Notes under the pieces: generated by a model | Databases searched by the model: none | What the model saw: the letters and a program-made list of their open reading frames with translations, nothing else | What the model was told of the DNA's origin: nothing | Made by a program: the position numbers and the translations under genes | Assembly (NCBI GenBank): GCA_963695855.1 | Contig: CAVOHZ010000008.1 | Coordinates: 416,001 to 480,000, forward strand | Source of the DNA: an uncultured Nitrososphaerales archaeon | GTDB taxonomy: Archaea > Thermoproteota > Nitrososphaeria > Nitrososphaerales > Nitrososphaeraceae | Length of the DNA stretch: 64,000 nucleotides | Direction of reading: 5' to 3' | In this document: positions 46,590-55,478 of the stretch, in pieces | Layout of the letters: the number at the start of each line of letters is the position of its first letter | Numbering within the stretch: position 1 is the first letter of the stretch

Positions 46590-48161
46590 TTATATCTTAA
46601 GTAAATTAATCACTTTCTTCGGAATATCCTCAACTCTAGTGGCTAATGTCTTATTATAATTCAAATATTTTAAATTGTGACCAATATTTATTAAATCGTT
46701 CATATCTTTGCCAACCCCTAGAGCAGCCATATGGATAGACATGCTTCTGTATTTCAATACCATCTCCTTGACTGCTTCATAGTTTGAAGGTTCACCGTCT
46801 GTTAGCGTGATCATTATGTTTGGTTTGAACGATCTAATAAAACGCAATAAAATTGAATAGATCTCAGCTAACGGTGTACCACCACTTGCTCTAATTTGAA
46901 CTAATCTTCTTGCGTTAGATATAGACCATGGAACCCTTGGAGGTTTTATAAGCCAACATTTTACCCTTTTCGATTCGGTACTAAATGCAAATACAGAAAA
47001 TTCAATACCTAAGTAGTCCAATGCTTCACATAATGCAACTGTGGCTTGTTTGTATTTTAATTCGACATCCTCAATACTGCTTGAATGATCAAGTAAAATT
47101 ACAACTCTTGTTCGAATTGAAATTTTATGATCTGTAAGGAAAGGTTTATCGTGAGAATCTAAATATGTTTCTACATCTAATTCTTCTCCTTTATCTTCGT
47201 GAACTTCTATCCAACCAGATTTCCAGTCCCTAAACGCAGATTTTATTCTCTGAATTAATTCTATATCATATATTTCTGATTCATTTACATCTGTTTTATT
47301 TGGTATGCTTATGTCAAAGTTTTCTAAACTATCATATCCTTTAGTTTCTGATTTTTTACTTTCCTTTATGAGCGTTTCATATTCTTTTATTACATCACTT
47401 GCTTGTATTATTTCTTTAACCGCTTTATCAAATTCCTTATTCATTAGCTTTGATTTCACGATTTTTTCTATCTGTTTTATAAGTTCTGATTTTGTCATAC
47501 CCAAACCTATTTTTGATCTTGGGGAGGTTATTGGAATGGACAATAACGGATCTATTTGTAATCTTTTAATAATTTCTTTTACTTGGTCATATATCCACTC
47601 CGTTCCCCTTCTTCCCTCAATAGCATCCTTGATGCATTTATTTGCATAGTCTGCAGCATTTTTTACTCTCTCAAATTCATTACCAAATAACTCGCCCTTC
47701 ATATATCCTGTCAGAAAATATTGTGAAAAAGCTTCAATTAATTTGTGTGTGCCATAAATAGTATTTAATAAGGGTTTTGTTAACCATGACATGGCTTCGT
47801 AGAAAATTATTTCATTAGTCATCCCTTGCCAAATTTCAAGTCCCACTATTTCAACTCTTTTTGTTTCTAGACAATTAAGAATAAAACCATAGGCATGCTC
47901 TTTACTTGATGCCTTAACTTTTGTACAATATTTTATCCTCATCGCCTCGTACCAAAGAGTTACTCTCCATTGCCTATACCTATCAAATTCTTCACCATGA
48001 AAATATTTTAGTGTAGGAAGAAAGATCTGTTGTCGGTCTATATCCGTATATGGTTGTTTATCATCTGATAAAGAAACAATAACCTTTGGATTATCAGACC
48101 ATCTTCTTGCTAAGAAAGTTGATATATCTAACAATATAGAATTCGCCGAAGCTGAATTCAT
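46590..48161 (-). CDS. VWA-domain protein (NorD/CbbO-like partner of a MoxR ATPase)
   Basis: C-terminal VWA with MIDAS LLDHSSS, GGTPLA and LTDGEP, preceded by GEELD. Confidence 0.85.
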   Translation of the reverse strand: MNSASANSILLDISTFLARRWSDNPKVIVSLSDDKQPYTDIDRQQIFLPTLKYFHGEEFDRYRQWRVTLWYEAMRIKYCTKVKASSKEHAYGFILNCLETKRVEIVGLEIWQGMTNEIIFYEAMSWLTKPLLNTIYGTHKLIEAFSQYFLTGYMKGELFGNEFERVKNAADYANKCIKDAIEGRRGTEWIYDQVKEIIKRLQIDPLLSIPITSPRSKIGLGMTKSELIKQIEKIVKSKLMNKEFDKAVKEIIQASDVIKEYETLIKESKKSETKGYDSLENFDISIPNKTDVNESEIYDIELIQRIKSAFRDWKSGWIEVHEDKGEELDVETYLDSHDKPFLTDHKISIRTRVVILLDHSSSIEDVELKYKQATVALCEALDYLGIEFSVFAFSTESKRVKCWLIKPPRVPWSISNARRLVQIRASGGTPLAEIYSILLRFIRSFKPNIMITLTDGEPSNYEAVKEMVLKYRSMSIHMAALGVGKDMNDLINIGHNLKYLNYNKTLATRVEDIPKKVINLLKI

Positions 48162-48295
48162 TAATATATAATGATTATTTTTGATATTTTTAACCGTATC
48201 AACTAGAAAAATATAGGATTGATTATAAAAATTTTGTTGATTTTGAATATTCTTTTATTAACAGTTCATAAAAAAAATAAAAGAGAAATAAAATT

Positions 48296-48800
48296 TTAGA
48301 CTGGTGGTGAGGAGAGCAGATCAATTATTTCATGTCTATCAAACATTGAATATGAATACAAACCGTCTTTGGGTTATAACGGAACTAGTTTGTAGTACAC
48401 TTCTTACATCTATAGTTTCTTTACTGTTCTCAGTTGAGACTAGGCAATTGTATAATACTTCAAGTCATTGTGCGTCAACAAGAGCTATGGATTTAATTTG
48501 TATTTGGCTTAGAACTGTAAAGCATTCTCAAATGTCTGGTCCTCTGCTTCGACATCTATCTATGGGTCCAGATTTATGTTTACACGGACATTTGCAAGAA
48601 TCTTATCGGTATTCAGAAAATAAGCCCATCCATTACCGTTCGTTCTCATTTCATGGAAATTTATACTTTAGTGTTTCTTGATGACTGTCATAAACAAAGT
48701 CATCTTCATAGGGTTGTGCATGTTCACAAATAGTAAAAGACGGAGATGATAAATCCAAATCCCCGCGAATGATCCAGCATATAAAATAACCCCAGTTTTA
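48296..48800 (-). pseudogene. Possible eroded gene of unknown identity
   Basis: GC is higher than in the flanks. One minus frame reads MRTNGNGWAYFLNTDKILANVRVNINLDP*IDVEAEDQTFENALQF*...YSMFDRHEIIDLLSSPPV* with about 7 internal stops. No family recognised. Confidence 0.3.
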
Positions 48801-49021
48801 TTATGAGTAATTATTTATCAATTATCAACAAATTATTTAGAGTTTAAAGGATTATTAGAAAGATATTTGAAAATAAATTGTTTTTGTTTCTAAAAATAGA
48901 TATAAGTGTAGAAATGTAAATAGAGAATATGTTACTTATACCAAATTCATGATGGTTTTAGATACTAAAAAGTAAATTTAAATCAGTAATAATAAAAAAT
49001 AGTATTTTAGTCCAGTCTATA

Positions 49022-49831
49022 TCACCCAAATATCGATGTTATCATGTCCATGACTTTCCTAAATTCTACTTCTCCCCATTGATTATATGCATTGGCAAAA
49101 ACTATCTCTGCAGATAATTTTGGTTCGGTTCCTATGTTAATTAATTTAGTGAATGCTATTGTTTCTCTAAGACTCGGACCATAATACAATTCTTCAACAG
49201 CCGCTGCTTCCCTTAGTATTCTAGCTAATTTAACTGCACGTTGAACTGGCACGATATGTTCATTATCTATCTGTATATGCTGTTTTATAATCTCGAGTTC
49301 TATATCTTCAGGTGGATAATCCATGTTTATCCTAATAGGAAATCTACTTAATAATTGTGGAGGGAGCTCTTTTGTTCCAATATGAGACAACGGATTAATG
49401 GTGGAGATCACGAACCAATCTTCATTAGCATGAATTATTTGTCCTTCTGCCTCTTTTAATATTAACTGTCTTCTATCATCGAGTGCCTCATCCAATCTTA
49501 AAAGCATATCCGGTTCAGCTGCATTTAACTCATCAAGATAAAGTATTCCTCCTTCCCTCATTGATTTTACCAAAACCCCTTCAATAAAGCTGATTTCTCC
49601 TTTTTCGATGGTTTTAGTTCCAATGAGATGAGATTCTCTTGTTCTTAAGCTAAAATTCACAGAAAAAACCTTTTTTCCTGTCTCTTCTGCAAATTTTCTT
49701 ACTAGAGAAGTTTTTCCCGTTCCTTTTGGACCAATTATTAAAGCGAATAGCTTCAGTTGACTAGCTCTATGTAAAATATCGGTCGATCCATTCCAATCTA
49801 GATATTTGACTACTTCTGTCAGCTCACTCAT
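49022..49831 (-). CDS. MoxR-family AAA+ ATPase (CbbQ/NirQ/NorQ-like)
   Basis: Walker A GPKGTGKT, Walker B LYLDELN, STINP, LLSRF, MDYP. Confidence 0.9.
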   Translation of the reverse strand: MSELTEVVKYLDWNGSTDILHRASQLKLFALIIGPKGTGKTSLVRKFAEETGKKVFSVNFSLRTRESHLIGTKTIEKGEISFIEGVLVKSMREGGILYLDELNAAEPDMLLRLDEALDDRRQLILKEAEGQIIHANEDWFVISTINPLSHIGTKELPPQLLSRFPIRINMDYPPEDIELEIIKQHIQIDNEHIVPVQRAVKLARILREAAAVEELYYGPSLRETIAFTKLINIGTEPKLSAEIVFANAYNQWGEVEFRKVMDMITSIFG

Positions 49832-49883
49832 CTCATTTTACTAGATGTCGTTTAATTTATAAATTAAACTGTGATTTATAAAA

Positions 49884-51284
49884 TCAATTTCTTCCTGAAC
49901 GTAGAATCATTTTTTTATTACTTATGTAATCTGTTAGTAATATTTTGTCTATTGAGTCTGGATTTATGTAATAAGATCTGCCATTAACATACTTTTCCAT
50001 TTCATTTACATAATTTAATAATGAATCTTCCTCACTTATCATTATTGTATCTATCTGTATTCCTAATTTTTTACATCTTCTTGCTTCCATGATCGTTCGT
50101 TCGCCTATAAATTGGTCAACTTGTCTATATCTATAACACAAATAAACTAATTCTCTAGCATTTACGTCCAGACTCATGTCGTGAGTTTGTTTTATAGAAT
50201 TTATTAGATCCTTATCTGGCACGTAAAAATGTGAATATGGTCTTAGAGATAATATTTTTTCTTGCTCACTTTCAGTATCAATAAAGCATGCACTGGGGTG
50301 ACCATCAGTAATCAGTACTATTCTCTTGTTTTCAACTGGCTTTTTATCTAAAATTTTTTTTGCTAGTCTTAAAGCTGCCTGATAATTGGTATAGTGAAGA
50401 AAATCAGTTCCAGGTTCAAATGTCTTGAGGTAGGGAATATCTAACGGTTTAATTTTGGAAGCGAGAGCTCCAAAACCTATAATGTCAATAATATCTGATG
50501 GAAAATATTTTCTGTTAAGCAGATATAGTGTCCATAAAGCTTTCTTGGCAGCTTCGATTCTACTCAAATTTCCATATAAAGTAGAATATCTCATAGTTGA
50601 ACTAAGATCAATACAGTAAACAACAGCTACTCTTACATCCCTCATTGTTTCATATTCTTCAAAATCTTCAATCTTCAATTCTAGAGGAATTTTTATACTG
50701 TTGTTATCTTTTGCAAGTCTTTGAATAGAGTTCAATAAGGATTTTGGAACATCAATAAGTCTAATGTCATCGCCAATTTCATATCTTTTTGTAGTATCCA
50801 AAATGATTGTACCGTTTCCAAGATTCTTAGTTTCATGTAATCCAATATCTGCATTTTTTAATTCATTCAAAACGTCTTGCAATATTTTTCCTCCTATAAT
50901 TGTAAATCCTTTACTGCTCAACCATTTTTTTGAATCCTTCAAATATCCCTTTTTAATAAGAAGAGTAATTATAGGAACTTGTTTTTTTTCCTCTGCCTTT
51001 TTTACCTTGGATTCGTACCTGTTAGTATTGTATTGATCTACGTCAGGAATATTATTTTCCAATTTTTTCCTTCTTATTAATTCCTGTAATGTTGATTCTA
51101 CTTCCTCTAACGTAGGGGTCCTTTCTTTTATGATTTCTCTCGCTATTGTTTTAAGTATTTCGTTGTTAAGCTCATTGCCGATATTTTGGTTATCTTCTTT
51201 TTCCTCATTTGTTTTCGTATCTCGTAATTTGTGATCATATGGAATGTAAACAAAATCTCTGGAGATATTATGTTTTATATTCAT
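49884..51284 (-). CDS. VWA-domain protein (partner of the chelatase-like ATPase)
   Basis: MIDAS-like IDLSSTM, TNYQAAL, ITDGHPSA. The start overlaps the upstream ATPase stop by 17 bp. Confidence 0.85.
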   Translation of the reverse strand: MNIKHNISRDFVYIPYDHKLRDTKTNEEKEDNQNIGNELNNEILKTIAREIIKERTPTLEEVESTLQELIRRKKLENNIPDVDQYNTNRYESKVKKAEEKKQVPIITLLIKKGYLKDSKKWLSSKGFTIIGGKILQDVLNELKNADIGLHETKNLGNGTIILDTTKRYEIGDDIRLIDVPKSLLNSIQRLAKDNNSIKIPLELKIEDFEEYETMRDVRVAVVYCIDLSSTMRYSTLYGNLSRIEAAKKALWTLYLLNRKYFPSDIIDIIGFGALASKIKPLDIPYLKTFEPGTDFLHYTNYQAALRLAKKILDKKPVENKRIVLITDGHPSACFIDTESEQEKILSLRPYSHFYVPDKDLINSIKQTHDMSLDVNARELVYLCYRYRQVDQFIGERTIMEARRCKKLGIQIDTIMISEEDSLLNYVNEMEKYVNGRSYYINPDSIDKILLTDYISNKKMILRSGRN

Positions 51285-52956
51285 AGATATCTTTTTCTTT
51301 TCTATCTAATATAGGATTATCCAAATTTCTTAAACCTTCCAGAACAAGTTCAATCATTGACGATTTATATTCCAAATCTTTATAATCGGAAAATAATAAT
51401 CCATTTAATACAATTTCATTCTTCTTTATCCGGTTAACAAAATCATCTTTTTCTTTTTCCAAACTATTTGATATTTTGTCTAGCGCCTCAGCTAACATTG
51501 GAAAATTTCTTAATTGATTCTCATAGCTATTTTCTATTACATCAGAACCTCTGGTTCCAATAAATTTTTGCGATACAACAAATTTCTTATTCTTTTGAAA
51601 TTCCTCTTTTATTAATTTTATCTGTTCTGAACTTATACTGTCTATGTATTCTTTTGAAATCATGTTGATTGAATTTGAAATAATTTTATTTAATGTATCT
51701 ATTCTGTTTTGATTGTTATCTTCCAGTTCAGATAACTCAAATTTTGAGGTCTGATAGATACCGTGGATATCCGAAAATCTTGGCACAGCTTTAACTCCGA
51801 ATATTACAGACCTAATTCTTTCTGCTTCTGCGATAATAACTTCGGTAGAATGTACTGACATCCTCACACTTACTCCTTTATCCTGATTAATATCTCCATG
51901 TTTTCTAGCCATGCTAGTGATTAATGCTATCGTCTTAAGTATGAAAATAGGTAATATGATGTTTTCTGGGTTATCTGGTCTTATCTCTTGAACAATTATT
52001 AACATTTCATCAATGATTTTTTGTGGATATCGTGTCTCGATGTGACTACGTAATCTATCAAATAAGGGTTCAATTATTTTTCCAGAGTGGGTATAATCAA
52101 TTGGATTGGATGTTGCTATTATTTTCAAGTCGGGTTCAAAAAATACGGGGTATGAACCAGTCGTAAACTTTCCTTCTTGAAGAATACTTAGTAAAGCAAC
52201 TTGTTTTCTCGGATCTAATACAGGTAATTCGTCGATGCATAAAATACCATGTCTTGCTTGTAATAATTGTCCTGGGGAATATGACTCGATATTGTATATT
52301 TCTACACCTTTTTTAGCAATTTTGATAGCATCAATTTGTCCTACTAAATCTTTTACAGATATGTCAGGTGTAGCTAAAATATACCTATATCTATCCCTTC
52401 CACTAATCCACTCGATTTTAGTGGCAAGTCCATTATTACGAATAATTTCTTCAGTTTCCTTTGAAACAGTAAATTTAGGCACATAATGAGATACTTCTTT
52501 ATCCTCCAACAAGGACATAAGATCTGGTTGCGGAATCGTCGTGGGAATATCATTTGTTATTGAACCTCTAACTATTGGAATATGTGAAAGTAAATTTTTT
52601 GATATTGCTTCAGCTAGTTTAGTTTTTGCTTGTCCGATTTGTCCTATAAGTAATATGTCATGACCTGAAAGGATCGCTCTGTTTATTGCCGGGATTACGT
52701 CGTCTTCATAACCGATTATTCCCTTGAACGGATTTTCTTCTTTCCTGAGAAATCTAATTAAATTGCCTCTAATCTGTTTATCTACTGTTGCATGTTTGTA
52801 GTTTATTAATAGCAGTTCCCTCAGGGTTTTTATCTTGTTATATTCTTCTGGAACTCCTGGCATTATTTGATTATATTCTGGTTGAGACGAATAAGAGTCA
52901 GATACTAATTTCTTTATTTCTTTAAAATCCAACAGATTTCTTTCTATTAAAGACAA
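51268..52956 (-). CDS. Magnesium-chelatase-like AAA+ ATPase
   Basis: Variant Walker A GQIGQAKT, LATPDISVKDLVG.ID, Walker B LCIDELP, NP.DYT.SGKII.PL.DR, GVSVR. Confidence 0.85.
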   Translation of the reverse strand: MSLIERNLLDFKEIKKLVSDSYSSQPEYNQIMPGVPEEYNKIKTLRELLLINYKHATVDKQIRGNLIRFLRKEENPFKGIIGYEDDVIPAINRAILSGHDILLIGQIGQAKTKLAEAISKNLLSHIPIVRGSITNDIPTTIPQPDLMSLLEDKEVSHYVPKFTVSKETEEIIRNNGLATKIEWISGRDRYRYILATPDISVKDLVGQIDAIKIAKKGVEIYNIESYSPGQLLQARHGILCIDELPVLDPRKQVALLSILQEGKFTTGSYPVFFEPDLKIIATSNPIDYTHSGKIIEPLFDRLRSHIETRYPQKIIDEMLIIVQEIRPDNPENIILPIFILKTIALITSMARKHGDINQDKGVSVRMSVHSTEVIIAEAERIRSVIFGVKAVPRFSDIHGIYQTSKFELSELEDNNQNRIDTLNKIISNSINMISKEYIDSISSEQIKLIKEEFQKNKKFVVSQKFIGTRGSDVIENSYENQLRNFPMLAEALDKISNSLEKEKDDFVNRIKKNEIVLNGLLFSDYKDLEYKSSMIELVLEGLRNLDNPILDRKEKDIYEYKT

Positions 52957-53024
52957 AATTTAAACATTATCTGGTATCTTGCGCATCATAATATTATTTA
53001 TTAGCAAAATTTTGAATTTGATAA

Positions 53025-53129
53025 TCAATGATTCTCGATTGCCAATTCAAGTAATTCAAGATAACTCTCGTAGTTTGTTTTCTCATCATACAGATAGTAT
53101 TCACTTTTTCCACAATTGTTTTCAGCCAT
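53025..53129 (-). CDS. Putative 34-aa acidic peptide upstream of the AAA+/VWA cluster
   Basis: Manual translation: MAENNCGKSEYYLYDEKTNYESYLELLELAIENH*. Same strand, ending 68 bp before the ATPase start. Confidence 0.4.
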   Translation of the reverse strand: MAENNCGKSEYYLYDEKTNYESYLELLELAIENH

Positions 53130-53347
53130 TTTAAATGATATCTTTAAAAAAATGTAATATAATGGTTATTATAACTAGATCCGCTTGTAATTTTATAATT
53201 ATTTTATATCCTATAATAATATTTTGAAATATATCTATTTTGGTTGTTTAAAGTGACCTATTAAATGTAATTTTTATATTTTATTTTTTCCGGTTCTTGT
53301 CTAGTATGATTTTTATTTAGGATCCTAAATTTACCTTTTAGTTAGAA

Positions 53348-53830
53348 TTGTCATCAGCAGACTATAAACATATTGTTAGAATTGCAGGAAAAGATATAGA
53401 AGGAGATAAAAAAATAATTGTTGCCCTGAGCAGGGTAAAGGGAATAGGTTATAATTTTGCCCAAGTATTGCTTCAAAAATTAAATATTAATCCATATATT
53501 CGAGTTGGGTTTCTTACCGATAAAGAACTAGGGGATATTGAAATGGCGCTAAAGGATCCCAATAAAACTGGAATACCACATTTTTATTTCAATAGGAGAA
53601 AGGATATGGAAACCGGTTCTAATGTGCATATAATTACATCAGATTTAGATTTTATAGTATCCAATGATATTGAACGTGAGAAAACAATAATGAGTTGGAG
53701 GGGATACAGACATATGTTTGGTTTGAGAGTAAGGGGACAACATACAAGAACGACAGGTCGGAGAGGAACTGCAGTAGGTGTTCGTAAGAGTGCTCAGGCT
53801 GCTCAAAGAGTACAGAAGAGTGGTGAATAA
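53348..53830 (+). CDS. rpsM: 30S ribosomal protein uS13
   Basis: VRIAGKDI.G, KGIG, NRRKD..TG, SWRGYRH..GLRVRGQHTRTTGR. Confidence 0.98.
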   Translation: MSSADYKHIVRIAGKDIEGDKKIIVALSRVKGIGYNFAQVLLQKLNINPYIRVGFLTDKELGDIEMALKDPNKTGIPHFYFNRRKDMETGSNVHIITSDLDFIVSNDIEREKTIMSWRGYRHMFGLRVRGQHTRTTGRRGTAVGVRKSAQAAQRVQKSGE

Positions 53831-54342
53831 TGGGAGATCCGAAGAAATCTAGAAAAACCTTTAAAAGACCACGACAGATTTGGACAAAAGATCAATTAAG
53901 TTCAGAATTATATTTGTTAGGGACGTACGGTCTTAGGAGTAAGCGTGAGCTATGGAAGGCGCAGACCAAAATAGCTGGAATTCGAAATCAGGCACGCGCT
54001 CTGTTGGCTCTGACCACTGAAAGCCGACATGAAAAAGAAAATAAACTTTTAACATACCTTCAAAGATTGGGACTTGTAGGAGAATCTGCAACGTTAGATG
54101 ATATATTAAATATAAAGATAGAGGATATTCTAGAAAGAAGGTTACAAACTATTGTTATGAAAAAGGCCGTAGCTAAATCTCCTCATCAAGCTAGACAATT
54201 AGTGGTTCACGGCCATGTTTCCATAGGTGACAGAACCATAAATATTCCTGGATATCCTGTCAAAAAGGAAGAAGAATCCAAAATTGTTCTACATAACGAA
54301 TTTATGAATATTGTACCTGCTACATCTCAACCTCCAGGATAA
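53830..54342 (+). CDS. rpsD: 30S ribosomal protein uS4
   Basis: MGDPKK, YGLRSKRELWK, LERRLQT, ARQLVVHGHV. Confidence 0.98.
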   Translation: MGDPKKSRKTFKRPRQIWTKDQLSSELYLLGTYGLRSKRELWKAQTKIAGIRNQARALLALTTESRHEKENKLLTYLQRLGLVGESATLDDILNIKIEDILERRLQTIVMKKAVAKSPHQARQLVVHGHVSIGDRTINIPGYPVKKEEESKIVLHNEFMNIVPATSQPPG

Positions 54343-54349
54343 CTATATA

Positions 54350-55306
54350 TCAAGAAACTATATCAACGTGGTCTATTTTTCCATCTGCGTTCATGTCAAA
54401 ACCTTGAACTACTACTGCCCAGTCATCGTCGTGTAAATATTTTTTTATCAATTTATCTCCGTGATCTGTTAAAGCAATTACAGCTGCCTTAGTACCTATG
54501 GATCGGACACCTGCAAGTACTATAATACTCCTATCCTGATTATAGGGATTCTTTATTTTTGCAATTAAACCGTGGTTGTCCATATTATAAATTCGTCCTG
54601 CATTGTCAGTTAATCCAGACCAATAATTAGTTTCATTGAATTTAATTGGCAGATGATCATTAAACTCAGAAGTTACTATATTTGTACCTGGACCACCTAT
54701 CAAAATAAGATTTCTATTGTCTATGTCCTTTTCAGCTTTTGCATCTACATCAAGTTTTGCTATAAAGTTTGTAGAAAGGTCACACAGAGTACCTAGATAA
54801 AAACTCAAATGAATAGCGTAATGCCCATCTCTAGCCGAGGATTTATAAGGACCGTGTGGATCAGGTGCACCTACGACAATTAAACCACAAAATGCATTGT
54901 CTTTATAGTAATCTTCTAACCAAAATGGAATATTTTGAGTCATCTTTTTTGTGAATCGATGAATATCTGTTTGTTCTATCTCTTCAACTGAATCGATCTC
55001 AATACCAAAAGATGGACTTGTAATACTGTATAATCTTGCAGTTCCTCCCCGTATGTGACTAGTTCCAGTTTGTTCAATGGCACCTATTTCAACAAGCTTT
55101 CTTACATAGTAATAGGTTGTTTGTTCATATAATTTTAATTCCTTGGCTATTTGTGCAGGGTACATGGATCTCTTAGATAATAATTCTATTATTTTCCAAG
55201 CAATATGATTAGAGAGTATTCGCATATCCTTTGTGTTCTCAAATAGTAAAATTTTTTTACTTATTGTATTACCATTACGTTCATAGATGATTGTTTTCTT
55301 TTTCAA
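54350..55306 (-). CDS. Winged-HTH (ArsR-like) protein with a C-terminal alpha/beta domain, putative one-component regulator
   Basis: N-terminal wHTH (IIELL...MYPAQIAKEL...TTYYYVRKLVEIGAI..RGG.ARLY). C-terminal domain with NLILIGGPGTN and VLAGVRSIGTKAA, resembling the S-layer_C-like alpha/beta module. Divergent from glmS. Confidence 0.75.
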   Translation of the reverse strand: MKKKTIIYERNGNTISKKILLFENTKDMRILSNHIAWKIIELLSKRSMYPAQIAKELKLYEQTTYYYVRKLVEIGAIEQTGTSHIRGGTARLYSITSPSFGIEIDSVEEIEQTDIHRFTKKMTQNIPFWLEDYYKDNAFCGLIVVGAPDPHGPYKSSARDGHYAIHLSFYLGTLCDLSTNFIAKLDVDAKAEKDIDNRNLILIGGPGTNIVTSEFNDHLPIKFNETNYWSGLTDNAGRIYNMDNHGLIAKIKNPYNQDRSIIVLAGVRSIGTKAAVIALTDHGDKLIKKYLHDDDWAVVVQGFDMNADGKIDHVDIVS

Positions 55307-55330
55307 TCTTATTTTTTATCAGTTATAAAT

Positions 55331-55423
55331 TATTTTATACCGGTAATAATAATATATGTATACATTGTATTTTTTTGTAAAAAAATAATGGTCAACCATA
55401 ACAAAATATTTTATAACGGTATT
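55331..55423. promoter_or_regulatory. Pair of 17-bp direct repeats in the divergent regulator/glmS promoter region (candidate operators)
   Basis: TATTTTATACCGGTAAT (55331-55347) and TATTTTATAACGGTATT (55407-55423), 15/17 identical and 76 bp apart. Copy 1 is centred on the palindrome TACCGGTA. Confidence 0.5.
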
Positions 55424-55478
55424 GATTTTTCATTAAAGAACTATTTAAAGCATTACACGACAAGGTTATTGTTTACAA

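Noticed and set aside
48304-48681. 125-aa plus-strand ORF
   Set aside because: Atypical composition, no motif, and opposite to the cluster; probably spurious
19428-54342. Ribosomal-protein genes in isolated pairs rather than large operons
   Set aside because: Fragmented r-protein clusters are usual in this lineage and not a new signal
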